Source: Tubulanus polymorphus
Lineage: Eukaryota; Animalia; Nemertea
Direction of reading: 5' to 3'
Length of the DNA: 64,000 nt
NCBI RefSeq assembly: GCF_964204645.1
Contig: NC_134028.1
Coordinates: forward strand, 17,305,653-17,369,652
Shown: one piece after another, positions 12,535-27,259 of the stretch
Layout of the letters: every line of letters begins with the position of its first letter
How positions within the stretch are numbered: the stretch's first letter is position 1
Notes under the pieces: generated by a model
What the model was told of the DNA's origin: nothing
The model's input: the letters and a program-made list of their open reading frames with translations, nothing else
The model's database searches: none
Position numbers and translations under genes: made by a program

Positions 12535-13810
12535 TTTCATTAATAAATAAAGAAGAAAGGCTCTGATAATATCCAAATCACAGGTTGCTGTGAATAACTG
12601 TGAATAAATTAAATGCAAGATTCGGGCCCAAAAATTAGAATTTTCATTTAGAAAATTAAATGATTTATCAGAAGATGATGAATATCATATTAATAAACTA
12701 GAAAAATTTATACCAAATATGGGAACAGAATGAGTGCGCATTCAATTTATGAAGGATTAAACAGCGTGCATAAATGCAGAACTGTATTACCTGAAAGATA
12801 TATTCAATTAACAGATGAAGAATTGGGAGATTTAAGTAATAATCATTTTCATTTGAAATATGATGGAAAAGATGAAGATCGGTGTCATTTAATAGAATCT
12901 ATTGAATCTGAATAATATGAAATAATTAAAAAAAGATATCAAGTAACTGAAATAAATTAAATATTGCCCCATATAGATATAAAAGTAGTGAGATATTGAA
13001 TTAAAATAAATTTTGTAAATATTTTTTTTTTCGATTTTAGCTCTTTTTGATATAATAAAAGTGAAGATGAAAAAGTGATCTATTTATTAGATTTATTAAA
13101 AGAATATAGAATATATGTAGATTCTAGAAAACTTATAAATCATAAATTTCATTCATAATTTACTAATACAATAATTAGATAGAGAATTTAAAAATTGCGT
13201 TGATTTGAAGTTAGTAAATGAAAGTTTATGTAACTCTTTTTATAATGTATCGGATAAAACTATTGAACATAAGAGTCTTTTTAATTCATGATAGAAATAA
13301 AAATAAATGGTTTTATCTATATCTAAAACCAGGATTTATATAATTTAGGTACATTATCTTTAGAAATTAATAGAAGAGCTCGGTCAAAAATGGGTGCATC
13401 TGCTGGATTTGGACTAAGACTCATTAAAAGTGATAGCTCTGTTAAAATGAGAATAATTATTAGTTTAAAAACCATTAGCTAAAATTTTAGGAATAACTCC
13501 AGATGTACGGATACATTATGTTGATACTACACCAAATTTAAATACCTTTACACATTTTAATGTTTATTGTAATTTGATTGATCCTACGAAAACATTTGAA
13601 GCAAATCAAAGTATAACTTGTAATTCTAGTATTTTTTAATATTTCACCATTGAAAAATGTTTGGAACGCAAATAAATCATAATTTATCAGAATGTGATTT
13701 TAAACCTTGCATTTCTCAATTCAATAATTTAAGTTAGAAATTAGAAATCATAATGGATATTTGATTGATTTAAACAATTTTCCTGTAATTTATGAATTAG
13801 CTTCAAGATG
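12535..13810 (+). mobile_element. Decayed PLV fragment: small KYG/LP-family gene (~12600-12915) and minor capsid pseudogene (~13070-13810)
   Basis: RTVLPERY..L..EEL..L...F.L.Y.GK.E..H matches 21714-22067; KEYRIYVDSRKL and KPG.YNL match 44351-45106. Confidence 0.75.
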
Positions 13811-14339
13811 TAAAGAATTGATATTTTTTTATGATAAAAAGCAGCAGAAGAACACACCATCAATGCTGCGTCTGTTGTAAGCGCCAGTACCCGTGCGTAC
13901 AGCCTTACACACGACACCGCTACCGGCCTCCACTTCAAAAGTTATGAACAATATATTTGAAACATTTTTGATCCGATTTACACCAAATAAACCTTTAAAG
14001 CAAGGTATTTAGCATCGGATATTGTGCCGAAAATTCCAGATTGATACACAACATAGTTTTTCAAGTAAGCACATTTTTAGTGGAAACCAATTATGTTGAT
14101 TGACAGGCAGGATCAGCTGCGTGCCTCATTTTATCGATGACGTCAGATGTAAACGATAACATTACCACGTGCGCAATGCAAACGGCGAACAAATTGAATT
14201 TTTTCAAGCAAACTTCTCTAATGGAATATTAATTTCTTTTTCATAATTTGCCTTTCTTTTATGTAATTTATAAGTTATACATCAGACTTTGCTTCTTCGA
14301 ACCTCAGGACTTTGAAGTCCTCTTGTATTAATAAATAAT

Positions 14340-14664
14340 CATATAATCAGAAAATTTCACACCGAGATTTCCAATCAGTTGATGAATTGATATGATTCAG
14401 TAACAAATTCTGAAACGTGAAATCTATCAGGTGAATACGTTCTGAATTTATATTTATTTGCTTTCCGTCCTTCATATTATAAATGTATTACTAATTTATC
14501 ACCATATTTATTTGTAATTATATTAATATTTGTAATTAAATATTTCTTATATTATGTCAATAAACTTTTTAGATTTATAATCTACAGATTGAACATTTGT
14601 AGTATCTTTAATTCTATCTAGAAATGATTCTTTTATTTTCGCTTTGTGTTTGTTTACTCTCCAT
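14340..14664 (-). pseudogene. Decayed copy of the small KYG/LP-family PLV gene
   Basis: MESKQTQSENKESFLDRIKDTTNVQSVDYK nearly identical to the start of 21714-22067. Confidence 0.75.
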
Positions 14665-16107
14665 AATATGTACATTTTTTATTTAAATTGATTCTCGAAT
14701 AAATATATTATACATTATATAAATATCATATATATAAATATCATATTGATATTATATTTATGAAATTATTAGAGTTGTTGTAAATATTGAAGTTTAAACT
14801 CAATGGTTGAAAAGAGCGGAGCGAGGCCCGCGGAGTAATCAATAAATTTGAAATTTGTTATGATTGTGATAAAAAAATAATGATATTCTTTATATTTTTC
14901 AAAATTCGACCTTTGAGTTAAACCCCAATATCTACAATTACTATCCCCATTGCCTGTCTCCACCTTGGAATAAATGGGTACCTGGCCTGAAAGATGACTT
15001 TGGTTTTACTCTCAAAGATAGAATAAAATCGGCTGGGGGGTTACTTTTGAGAAGCAATGAATCTTTAAATAGACTTACCACTAGAAAGAAAGTCCAACGA
15101 TTCAGATTCTAACAGACAGACGATTCCTAATGTCAACAGCACCAAAACTGCCTTGATCATCTTTATAACTAATTTACCAAGAGTTTCACTGAAAGAACAC
15201 AGGACAAGTACATGTAAACCATGGATTATTCGCCATACATTTGAGATCATTCGCATTCTTCGTTCCCATTTTTTATAATTATTTACTTATGTTTTTTTAA
15301 CATACGTACTCAACGTGATGCCCTGACGTTGGATATTAAAGCTTTCAAAAAACCACGGTTTGGAAAGAACCATGCTCAAATTTCACGTAGCGCTAATTTG
15401 TCGAATGCTTATGTTCATACGATAGTTCACATACGTAACATACGCTAAACAGCTAATGTAATTGGCTTTTTCCTACTCGGAACTCACTTAATTTTTGTTT
15501 GAGCTTTGCATTATCATTATTGTTATCATAACTGTTATAATTTAAATATAATCAAAAATGACACTTCAAGTTTTTACCGTTCTCCGGTGCAGTAGCGTGG
15601 AATTCGACAAAGTAAAATGCCACAGAGGATTAATCTGTAAACTTAAAACCCAGTATGGTTTGAATGATGGAAACTTACAAAAAATATCAAACCAATCATA
15701 ACAAGCAGCGAGTGTAGGTCCTTAACTATTTCTGTTATTTTTTCAATGACATATCCGGGAAAACTGTGACCCCTTTAGACTTTTTGCCGATAACATTCGG
15801 ACTTAAATCTCGACTATGGAACCGGCCCCTGGTTGCTGCTCATCCTGGGTTACTAAAGCATCTTGCCAACGTGACTAGGATCACAGGTCCCTCGTAAGTC
15901 TCGTGGAGGTGTGGGGTACAAAAACGTATTTGGAACTCGTGTCGTGTAAAACCATCTATTACCGCGTTTAGTTGAAAATTTTATCAACAAAACGCGATAT
16001 ATCGCGATTTATTACGCAAGCAATAAATACTGAAGCTTGCGGAAGCGTATAAGCGCCTGTTGTTGTCGTGCGACATCTAATAAAATCGACATATTTCCGA
16101 TGCTTAA

Positions 16108-17361
16108 AGTGGTCATGAAGAGGTTTTTGAGATATGGCTAAAAGTATTTTTTATCATCAATTATACCCTATTTATTGATTTAGTGGTCAAGAAATTAATT
16201 TTTAATTCTTCAATTAGTGTTGAAATGGGGCTTTTGATCGGCCGCGCTGATTCCTTCCCAACCCGGAAGTGTGACAACATTCTGAGAACCCAAACCAAAA
16301 CAACATGGTGTAGTGTATAGAAACGGGCGATACTAACAGTGATAAGTGCAAAATAATGACTCAAATACATCAGATTCCAATCAAACGTCTGATATTTAGG
16401 AAGCCAACAGTTGGTATTAATAGACAGTCGAAATTATTTCATTTAATTTAGACCCGATGCCTTAGAACGAAGGAATTTGTGACTATAGTGTACAGCGTAT
16501 TTCTACGTCTGGAGCAGCGAGCATTCGGTCATCGTCATTAAGTCATTCCCTCTGTAAAAACCACGCGGAGGGGATGACCAATATAGACATCACAGATATT
16601 TCTGTGGGTAGAGACATTTTTATCCAGTACTGGACCATAAAAGCGTCCTGAAACCGTGAATTTGTTTCTGAAACCCAGCCCAGCCTGCGCCATCCCGGCC
16701 GTGTAATAGTAATGTGTGCTGCATACATACAGTCAGTATGTTGTACATACTACAGCGATGTGGGTCACTAGGGAAAGCCAGTACTATATGCAGTGGAAAG
16801 CGCGTATCTCTTACTGCGTATTTAATTCGCGAAAATAGCGTCACTTAGCAGGATAAAAGGCTCTTAGATGATAAAAACATAAATTTTGTGTATCCAAGTT
16901 TATGTGTGCCGTAATATTTGCCGTAATAGAATCTTTCTCTAAAGTGTAAAGCTATTTACACACAGGCCGGGTGTTCTCGCTCCTACGGTCCATAATCTTG
17001 GGGCCAAATCTTTGGTTTCGGCCACTAAAATTTGTCGCTGCCTTTGTGGGTACAGTTCATAGCTACACGCAGCCAAGGTATTCAAAAGACGGTAAAATTA
17101 GCGCGATATTCAACGAAAATGAGCATTGTATAATAACGCTTCTGAGTGTGCTGCAGGTGATGTGTTCTCAGAATGACGTCATCAACATCACCGCGCAAAC
17201 GCGAGCATCCTGTTGCTAGGGCCGTTGCTACGGGCTTTTCTCGAGTTTGGATAAAGATATTTTAAAAGTTTTTTCACGAGACTAACATAAATGCATACGG
17301 TGAACGTTTTATACAAAAAAATTAGATTTAAAATTGTTTTCAAAACCTCTTCATGACCCAT
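16108..17361. mobile_element. Non-autonomous DNA transposon with TTAA target-site duplication (Kolobok/piggyBac-like)
   Basis: TTAA|agtggtcatgaagaggtttttga ... tcaaaacctcttcatgacccat|TTAA. Confidence 0.7.
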
Positions 17362-18292
17362 TTAATCGTTATATATCGCATCTTTTCGTCGATTTATTAT
17401 TTTTCAAGTCGAGATTATTTCGATGACTGAAATTGCTTCCGTCATTTTTGACTACTTGTTTTAATCGCCACAAATTGGCGCATTAATATGGCGGCATATC
17501 GCAATCTTTTTTGTGGTAAATCGACAAATTAAGCCGACTTGTTCTAAAATATTGCTGAAATATGAATATGTCCCAAAAATTATATTGGCAAATCCCAGTG
17601 GCAAATCTTTCAGTGGCAAATCGACAAAATTTCGTCGCCTCTTTTACTCTAACTTGACAGAGGGTCGAAAATATACCGCCACGCCGAGTTGAGATGATGT
17701 GTGCATAGCTAGGTGCGCCCCTTGGACAGTGGGAACGTATACATATATCCCCGGTAAACGTCACGTTAGGATACAGTGTTCAGCAACTTAGCGTCAGAAG
17801 TTATTGTGTCCGGTTGTCGTTGTTGTGCTGGGCTAATTCGGGCTCGAGATTCCATCGGGCTAACGAATCCTGTTGTGCAACGACGGTATCAGGACAATTC
17901 CCCCGGACAATTGTCTCCAGGTCTATTGCCCCCCCCCCCGACAATTGCCCCCGGACAATCCCGATCAAATCCCCAAGAAAGTTTCCCGCCGTAAAAATTC
18001 ACCCCCGTTTTATAATTCGACGCAAAGACGCGATAGATAACAATGATTAGGGTGTGGATTTACATTTTCGGGATTTATTCTCTGTTCAGCATTTCTATCA
18101 AACTCGTCTGTTGATGGGGCTTTAGAACCACTATTTGCTAAATTAGAATTATATGCCGTTTCATTATCATTATCAATGTTAGTATCAGCAGACACATAAT
18201 CATCATTGTTAGTATTGACATCATTATTATTTCCCATTTCTCCCATTTCATAAGCTTCTCCACCTTTTACATCCATATACATAATAAAATAA

Positions 18293-19522
18293 TTAAAATT
18301 TAAAATATAACATTCCTCCTATTAAATTCCTATACAAGTTATAGCTAATTAAGTATTTTCATGTGATTTATTATCATTATTAGTTTTAATTATTTCATGT
18401 TGAATAATATCAGTTTTTATATTTTCTGTAGTATTGTAATCTTTTATTTTAGAATCATTATCTAATTTAATCTAATTTAATATTCTTAGTTTAAGTTTCT
18501 GTTGATTGAATATGTTTTTTATTTTTTTCGCCTTCCATTAATTTTGGAGCAGTAATAATCTTTTTATTTATATCATTTAATCCAAATGAATTATTTATTG
18601 TTGCAGTTTTAATTAGATTATTATAACCAATTATATTTCCCATTTTTAAAACTTAATCATTAGAAATAATTAATAAATTGGAACCAATACAATAATTTAA
18701 TCTAATATGTGATTTATCTAAATAATTTTGGTACCTAACTATATTTTCTGGAATCGATCTATTTTTATCATTATGAATTGAATCTTCAAATAAAACTTTA
18801 AATTGTTTCTGCGCGTCAAATGAAGTATTATCATTTTCAACGATTGGTGATCTTGTTTCAACTTGCGCACCTAAAATACAAATTAAATATATTCTTATAG
18901 ATTTATTTATTCTCTGTATTCCAGCTTTAGTAAATCCTTCACTATTTCTAAAATAAAATCAATCCATCCATTATTGTTTTGTTGTTGTATATTATTATAA
19001 TATTTTGGTAATTCATTCCAATTTAGTGTTCTTAAATCTGAATTTGTTATTATTTTACATAGAAAAATTAATATTATTATTTAGTTCATTAAAATATTTT
19101 GAACCTGGTAAAGGACATTCTAATTCATCTCATATTAATCTTATTTGAAAATATGTATGAAATCTAAAAAGTGATAATATTAATGGTAAACTTGGTTTAT
19201 TTAAATGATCATTCCAACTTATACCACACCCTGTTGTTGCACAATAAACAGCAAAATTTAATTGATTCTGCCAATACTTCATATTAGATTTTAATAACCA
19301 TTGTTTTGCCTCATTTAAATTTTTAAAAATAATTACGTAAATATTGAATATATTTTCCATCTTTGCATTAAAATTATTAGTTTCAGTAACAAAAATATCT
19401 AAATTAATTAATGAATCTAAAAATTCATTTCTATATGAAATATCTTTATTAAAACCTATTGCTGGAATATTATATTCAATTGATTTATTATATTGAAAAG
19501 CTTTTGGAAAACTATCTGCCAT
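18293..19522 (-). pseudogene. Conserved PLV protein with C-terminal TM (paralog of 41452-42835)
   Basis: WQNQLNFAVYCATTGCGISWNDHL, GAQVETRSPI. Confidence 0.8.
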
Positions 19523-19538
19523 TTATATAATTAAAAAA

Positions 19539-20974
19539 TTAATAATTAACTTAGTCTAATTCTTTTTATAATTTATCTTCAACTGTTATATTACCATTTA
19601 AACTTATTATATAATCTAATGTATTTTTTAATTTATTTATTTCTTTTATATTAGATTTTATTTTTTCTTTATAACTTTTTATATTTAATTTTGAACTTAT
19701 GCCGGTTAATACACTTGAACATAATCCTAACACACCAATAGCTAGGTGTTAATGGACTGAATATTGCTAGAAATGTTATAACATAACTAATTGTAACTGA
19801 ACCACTGATAATAAAATAATATATAATTTTAGATTTCAAATATTTTTTCTTTTAAACTTTTAAATCATTTTCAAATTCTAATATTTGTTTTTCCAAATAT
19901 AATTTTAATTTAGTTTTATTAATATCATGAGGAATAATATCAATATTATCAACTTTATCATCCATTTATTTAGCAAAAAAATACTAATTAGTAAAATTTA
20001 TATGCTACAAATATAACAATAACTGTTCCACCTAAAATCCAAATTATTTCATATTTCTTCTGTTCACTACTTGGGGTATAATAATCTGATAATTTGGGTT
20101 TGTATAGATGTAATTTTTCTTTATTTGTTACTGCATTATATAAACTCATAATAAGTTTTTCGTAATTTTCTGATCATATAATTCTTTGTTAATATAATCC
20201 ATATAGTTTTGTCTTTTTTCTCTATATTCTTCTGCTGCTTTATTATATTTTTCTAAGGCCAAATTATGTCTTTTTTGTTCTGTTTATGATCCATTTTTAT
20301 CAATATGCTTAAATAAATATCCACCACCAGTAAATGCTAAAGCGTTAACTATTGCTGACCCTATAATAGTTATAATTGCAGAAGCCATTTATTTAGTAAA
20401 AAAATTACGCATTTATATAGAAGGAATATATTTCTGTTTTTCTAAATAATCAATAGTTAAATTAGATAAAGTAACTGCTAACGTTAATTTTAAAATATCA
20501 TTTATATCAAATCTATCAACATTAACACTTCCCATTTGAAATACTTTTTTTAATACCATTGAATAACCAACAGTTCCCACTGATAATAATGCTCCATTAT
20601 ATAAACCAGTTATTTTCCACTTATTATCAGTCATTTATTAATAAAAAATTACTATCTTCAAAATATTTAATTATCTTAGTTATGATTATTTCAACATTTA
20701 TAATATTACTTCTTTTATGATTATCATATATTTCAGTTATTATTTGTTTAATATCATCAATAATTCCATCTTCTTTTAATTCATAATATTCTAAAGATGT
20801 CTTGATTAAATCAATTACTTTTTCTATATTATAATTTTCTTTTTCAATTATTGATGCATTGTTAAATGATTTACTTTGAATATCAGTAATTACATCATTT
20901 AGTTTAATTCTCATTTCTTTACCATGTTTAAAATCAAACCCAAAACATATACTTGGCCCAACAGTTATATTCAT
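19539..20974 (-). pseudogene. Four small PLV membrane/virion genes (~19539-19965, ~19984-20388, 20413-20634, 20627-20974)
   Basis: Paralogs of 42852-43286, 43306-43728, 43753-43974 and ~43967-44334. Confidence 0.8.
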
Positions 20975-20990
20975 TTATATATCAAAAGAA

Positions 20991-21696
20991 TTACTCTTTG
21001 CATCTTATAACTAATTCATAAATTACAGGACAGTTATTCAAATCAATTAAATATCCATTGTGATTTCTTACTTCTGACTTAAAATTATTGAATTGTGAAA
21101 TGCAATGCTTAAAATCACATTCTGTTAGATTATAATTTATTTGCATTCCAAATTCTTTAACATTCTTCAATGGTAAAATATTTAATTTACCAGAATTACA
21201 AGTTGTATCTTTAGTTGCTTCGAATGTTTTTGTAGCATCAATTAAATTGCAATAAATATAAAAATGCGTGTAAATGCGTGTAAGGTATTAAGTTTGTTGT
21301 AGCATCAATATTTGTAAAAGATCTATCTGGTGGAATTCCTAACATTTTTGCTATAAGTTTTTTTTACCATAGATTTATGTTTTTCACTATTAGTCAACCT
21401 TATCTTAATTTTATCAGAACTCTCACTCTTTGAAAATCTTATACTAAACCTGGAATTACTACCTAACTCGTACCAGGCTTTTCTATTAATTTCTTGCGAT
21501 AATGTATTAAAAAGGCTCTATGTTCAATAGTTTTATTCGATATATTGTAAAATGAGTTACATAAACTTATATTTACTTATTTTAAATCCACACACTTTTT
21601 AAATTCCCTATCTAATTGTATTTGTGAATTATGAGATTTGTAATTTGTATGTCTTCTTGAATCAACAAATATTCTATATTCTTTTAATTCTACCAT
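20991..21696 (-). pseudogene. Minor capsid (penton) protein, decayed
   Basis: MVELKEYRIFVDSR... start identical to the copy-3 gene. Confidence 0.7.
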
Positions 21697-21713
21697 TTAT
21701 TTTACATATTTTC

Positions 21714-22067
21714 TTATTCGAAATCTATTTCATGGTGCCCTTTTTCATTCTTACCTTTATATATGAAATAGAAATCACCTGAACATAATTCTTCTAAATC
21801 TTCACTTGATAACCTATGAAATCTATCTGGTAAATATGTTCTGAATTTATATGTATTTCCTTTTAATCCTTCATATTCTAAGTGAATAACTAATTTATCT
21901 CCATATTTGTTAGTAACTGTATCAATATTTGTAATTAGATATTTCTTATGAATTGTTAATTCTGTTAACTTTTTGAATTTATAATCTACAGATTTTACAT
22001 TTGTTATATCTTTAATTCTATCTAGAAATAATTTGTTGTTCTCACTGTGTGTTTGTTTACTCTCCAT
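21714..22067 (-). CDS. Small PLV protein (KYG...YLPxRF family; possible OB-fold ssDNA-binding protein)
   Basis: Intact 117 aa directly after pPolB; five homologous copies in the window; fold is inference. Confidence 0.65.
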   Translation of the reverse strand: MESKQTHSENNKLFLDRIKDITNVKSVDYKFKKLTELTIHKKYLITNIDTVTNKYGDKLVIHLEYEGLKGNTYKFRTYLPDRFHRLSSEDLEELCSGDFYFIYKGKNEKGHHEIDFE

Positions 22068-22096
22068 TTATAATACATATTTTTATTAAAATTTGA

Positions 22097-25000
22097 TTAA
22101 CACGTTAGAATTCTTTTCATTATCTCGTTCTCTTTTGTTTCTTCTCTTTTAAATTTTAAGTATTCATCTAAATTACAACCATAAGCAACTGTATGAATTC
22201 CATCATCTAAAATATATCTTTTATCATCGAATGGGTTCAAACTAACTTTTTCTATTTCTTCAATAAACACTTCGTGATCTTCTGATCTTAAACATTTCAT
22301 CTTATGTTTTCTAACATAATTGCTTCTTCATTGAATATACAATTGATGTAATCTTTGAAATGAATGTTTTTTTCTACTACACTTTTAATTATTCCTTTTA
22401 ACTTTTTGGCTTCATGTTCTTTAGTTCTATAACTATACATCTTAGATCGAATACCTATAAATTCTATCATTTCTTCAACTCCTAATTCATCTTTGAATTT
22501 ACCAGGACTTTTTTTTATTATCATTGTTAAACAATTCATGATCTTTTGGATAATTACTAAAGTCGGAGTGATGTTTTAATGTTTGTAAATCATCTGTTAT
22601 GTTATTAGTTTTTATCTTTAATATGAAACTATCTGTATCAAAGTATAGAATTTCTGTATGCTTTTTCCCAAAATGAGGTTGTAATACGTTATAGTAAAAT
22701 TCATACATTAATAATTTTGATATTTCGTAAACTGAAGCTCCAACATAAATTGGTTTATTAAACTTCATAGAAGTTCTTTTCATTTTAACTGCAGCTAAAT
22801 TTCCATCAAATATTCTGTTACCAATAAGTCTAGGATATGTTTGTAAATGTCTAATTCTTTTAAACCATTACTAACTAACTCAATATCATTTCTATTTCTT
22901 ATGAATTCACAAGTCTTACCATAGAATGCATTATTCATTAACTTGAAAAAATCTTTCTCGAAATCAGTTTTAGCTTTAGTTCTCTGTTTGGTGTTAAAAT
23001 TTATATATTTTTCTAACCATTTAGATTATTATTTTCATACTGTAAAACTTCAGTTATTTCAAATACTCCATAACGTTGTGGTTCCATCATTGCCCAACCA
23101 TATAGATTATTTGCGTCTATATATAATAACTTATAGCCAGGATTATCATTCACATTGAAATATTTATCACTTAATACACCTGAAACTCTCCCTCTTATAG
23201 ATTTTTCAAATAACAATAATTGATCTATATTTGTTAACAAATCCATTTTTATATCTGTAAATGTTAAACCACAATTTCAAGTTAAACCTGGACTCGAATA
23301 ACAATGACATCGATCAATATTAAAATATTTTAGATTTACATCTCTAAATCTTTCAAATATATCAGTTAATAATAATACATCTGATTTTAAATATAAATCT
23401 ACTAATTGTCCATGATTTTTTTATTTTGAAATGATTCCAAATATTCAATGTTCTATTATATACTTCATCTTTAACATATTCATTTTTTAATTCATCATAA
23501 AATTGTTCTTTTAATAATTCAGTTATATTAAAATCATTATGATTTTTATAAAATGTATATGGAATTGCTCCTTTATATCTCATTAATTGAAAATCATTAT
23601 TATTTGGATAGTGTTCCTTTAATATCTTTAATTCATCATCAACTAATGATTTTGATAAATTATCTAATGAACTACTTAAAAATCTATATGAATCAATAAA
23701 TCTTAGGAATCCAAATTGGAAAGATATATAATTTTCAGATGTTTTAGCTAACATTTTAAATTTATAAATTGGTATTTTATCTTTTGATCTATTTGAATTT
23801 AATCTTGCTATTTCATTATTGATTTCTTCTATTTTATGACATAGCTGTCTGATAAATAAATGAGCATCATACCCTGAAAAATTATAAAATATTACTGGAG
23901 CAAAATTTATTTTCTTAGCTTGTAAGTTACAATTCTCATGCGCCGCGCCTCGAAACTTTCCATTCAAATGATCATGGTCTCTAACGTTTTAATCTTTAAA
24001 ATTAAATAGTTTTTCACAATAAAAACATTTATCTGAAAACTCAAATTCTTCTTTATCTTCTTCTGTCATTATAATTTCTTTATTTTCATTTAACTTTTCA
24101 TTAAACTTTATTTCATATTCAATTAATAAGTCACAAAAATGATTGATGACATTTTCATTTCTATAATGATAATATTCACTTTCAATTAGTTCTGGGTAGT
24201 CTGATTTTATATATAATCCAAAAGACGCAGCTGATTGATGAATCTTTTTAATAGTATTTGTTTTTGGTGGTTCTTCTGAGAAATCATTTTCAGAATTTAA
24301 TTTCTTTCTTTTATAATATATTTCTTTTCTATCTTGATCAGTTAATTCTTTATTTAATGATTCAAAATACTTTATTCTTGTAATTATATTTCTTGAATTC
24401 TAATATTTTATCTTTTTCATTTGGTAAAATCATTTTACAATAATCATGATTTTCACATAATTGTTTATGATTTAATAATGCACTTTCATTACTAAATTTA
24501 GTTATACATTTTCTACATAGATATATTTTATGGTGATCATTTTCTGTTCTAAAAAATACATCTATTTGTTTTATCCACATATAATGATTTTCATAATATA
24601 ATATATCTATAACCCCATTTGAATCATAATCTTTTGATAGATATAAAGGTTCTAATGTATAATGTTCAATTTTATTGCCCTTTGTATTTGATAATTTAAT
24701 TAAATCGAATACATTTATTTTTAGATTATTATCACTTTCTATTTTTGGAATATTTCTAATTCTAACAGGATAATTGTCTCTCTTATAATTATTTTCAAAT
24801 TGTTTATTATTTGTTAATCTAAAACTATGTGTAATATCTTCTGTTGGGTGTAAGCAACTAATTATTGTCCATAAAAAACATTTATTATCTTCATTTTGTA
24901 CATTTATGATAGCATTAGTTTTCAATGGTAATTTGATATAACTTGATCCATTAATATTATCATCTTTATAATATGATAAATTATTTTCATCAATTTGTTT

Positions 25001-25800
25001 TGATTTAGTTAACTTATATTTTGTATTGTACACATGTAAAGTCATAAATATTATTTCATCGAATATTAAACCAGATCCTTCAAAATATTTATCTTCTATT
25101 TTACTTTTTATTTCATTATAAAATTTATCTAACCTATCATCTATTTGCTGTTTCGAAATGATATGTTGTGAATGATAATTTATATTATATATTTGTTTAT
25201 CTTCAGATTCTAAAAATCTAACTTAAGCGGATATACTAATTTTAGGATATTCTACGTCTGTAATTATTTTTATAATATTTTTCATATTTTCTAAATGTTT
25301 TTTATTTTCTTCTAATGTTTTACCTTCATGAAATTTAAACTCGATTGCAGCGGGACCAATATCAATTTTAAATGCATCAGTTATTTCAATATCTTTTTTA
25401 TTATCTAATGAATTAATATAATTTCTAACATTTTCCATATATGATTTCTTATTATTTAGAATATCTTTTATTCTTTTAATTGTCTTCGGTTTATTATTAT
25501 CATTATCAAAATAATCTTCACCTAAAATATCATTATTCATATATATTCTAATATGACTTTTAGATTTTAAATGTTCTTTAAAATATCTTTTGTTACTGAA
25601 TGATTGATTACACGTATCACATTTATATATTTCTTATTCATTCTTTAATTCTTCTAATTTAGTTTCTAATATATCATCTTTACATTATAATCTTAATTTA
25701 TTTTCTAAGTGTGTTTTAGTTTTATTATGTCTTGCTTTTTGAGATTTATCTATATTGATTTTACATGTTGGACAGTAGTACTTCTTAGTAGTGCTTCCAT
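22097..25800 (-). pseudogene. polB: Protein-primed family B DNA polymerase, intein-free allele
   Basis: NEDNKCFLW, DHDHLNGKFRGAAH (EndoVII-like), FYNFSGYDAH, FIDSYRFL, YIDANNLYGWAM, KLMNNAFYGK, LYFDTDSF, GKFKDE, RSKMYSY. Confidence 0.93.
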
Positions 25801-25879
25801 TTTAATATCAAATTTTTTATCAAAATTGATTTTAGAAGTTATTCATTTATATATTATTCATATATATGAAATTATTAGG

Positions 25880-26024
25880 AGTAATAGGGAATATGGGGGT
25901 TCAGGTTAAAGGTTGAAGGGGTGAGTGAGTAAAAAATAAAAAATAAATTTTAGCGTACGAGAATTTATTTTTTATGAGCACGACCCTTCGACCTTTGGTA
26001 TGAACCCTCATATTCCCTATTACT
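25880..26024. repeat. Imperfect 145-bp terminal palindrome of TIR sequence
   Basis: agtaatagggaatatgggggttcaggttaaaggttgaaggg / cccttcgacctttggtatgaaccctcatattccctattact. Confidence 0.9.
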
Positions 26025-27259
26025 TCTGAGAAAAACTGATATTTTACTCCTATACACCAAACTGGCCGTGGGATAATCTGGTCCAAAAACAATTTTGAAA
26101 ATTAACTTGGGGTTCTAGTTTGTCACTCAATTCAATATCTTGTGATTGGAAATTTTAGAAATATAACACCTAGGAGCCCCCTTAACCAAAAAAACTTATG
26201 ATTTGACAGCAATGATTCTTATACATCTTTTAGATTTCAGGATCTCTGTAGATTCACTCTGTCAAAAGAATTTTTACTTGGCGGTTCCTTGTAATAATGA
26301 GGTTAGTACGTGTTTGAATAATTCTTTTTCTCCCTTAAATTTAGGTAACGCTATGCATACGGTACGCAAAAAAACACTACGCCAAAAACTGGTATGATTT
26401 GTGTGGATTTGACATAAAAGGATCGTTTTAACCATCTTACTTTATTTCACACCATTATACCTGAAGGATATGTTCCTTTTACTTGAATTTTTACTGGAAA
26501 AGAGAACTAAAAATCAGAATATTGATTACTTTGCAATACTTGAATTTATTTTCAGGCAAAATGCTTCGTACAAAGAATAATGCATAAGAATCTTTAAATT
26601 GTATTATGGTTTCTTTATTTGGGTTCATTGAGAATGTAGCAAAACCAGGTATCCCGCCAGATTGCGTGACGAGAAGTAGGTCGATCGTTGTCAAAATTAG
26701 TTCATTTTCAATGAACTTTGAAATGGATTTTTAGACTCCCCATCCCATATAGTATCACAGCACACACCAAATATATCATCCTTCTACTCGTATATCGGTG
26801 TAATTTTCTTAAGTATTGATTCATCTAAGAAAAAAGATGATTAAGATCTATTCGAAATGCAGATGGAATCGAACGCAGACGACAACTATCTACAAGCGAA
26901 CCTGGCGGTTCCTAACATGTCATTGGTGGAATCCTCAATTTGATACTCCAGATAAACGGAAATATCCCAATTGGAGTGTTATTGGATTAAATCTAATTTT
27001 TAACCACCTCCATTGAAAATCTCAAGAACACAAGCACATTCTTGTTGTTGGCCTATTTCCAGATGAATTTTAGATTATGTATTAATTTTCATCAGTTGGG
27101 ACTCTTTCATATCTACTCACGATTGAGGCGAAATTAGATTTGGTCGATATCATTTAAATAACTAGACCTACAAGTAATGTACAGGATGTTGTTAAGGCGA
27201 TTTCAGTTTAAAGTTAAAAATCGACTGTTTTAGGATAGCAAGGGGTTCTTATAGGCGAT

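Larger units (their letters stand above)
18047..26024 (-). mobile_element. Polinton/PLV copy 2, left part lost
   Basis: Structural/membrane gene block colinear with 41435-45106 of copy 3, followed by the small KYG gene and pPolB; ends in TIR ...tattccctattact. Confidence 0.9.

Noticed and set aside
14945-14990. SINE-like core (ccacctt...taaatgggtacc)
   Set aside because: Too short, and no clear A/B boxes seen
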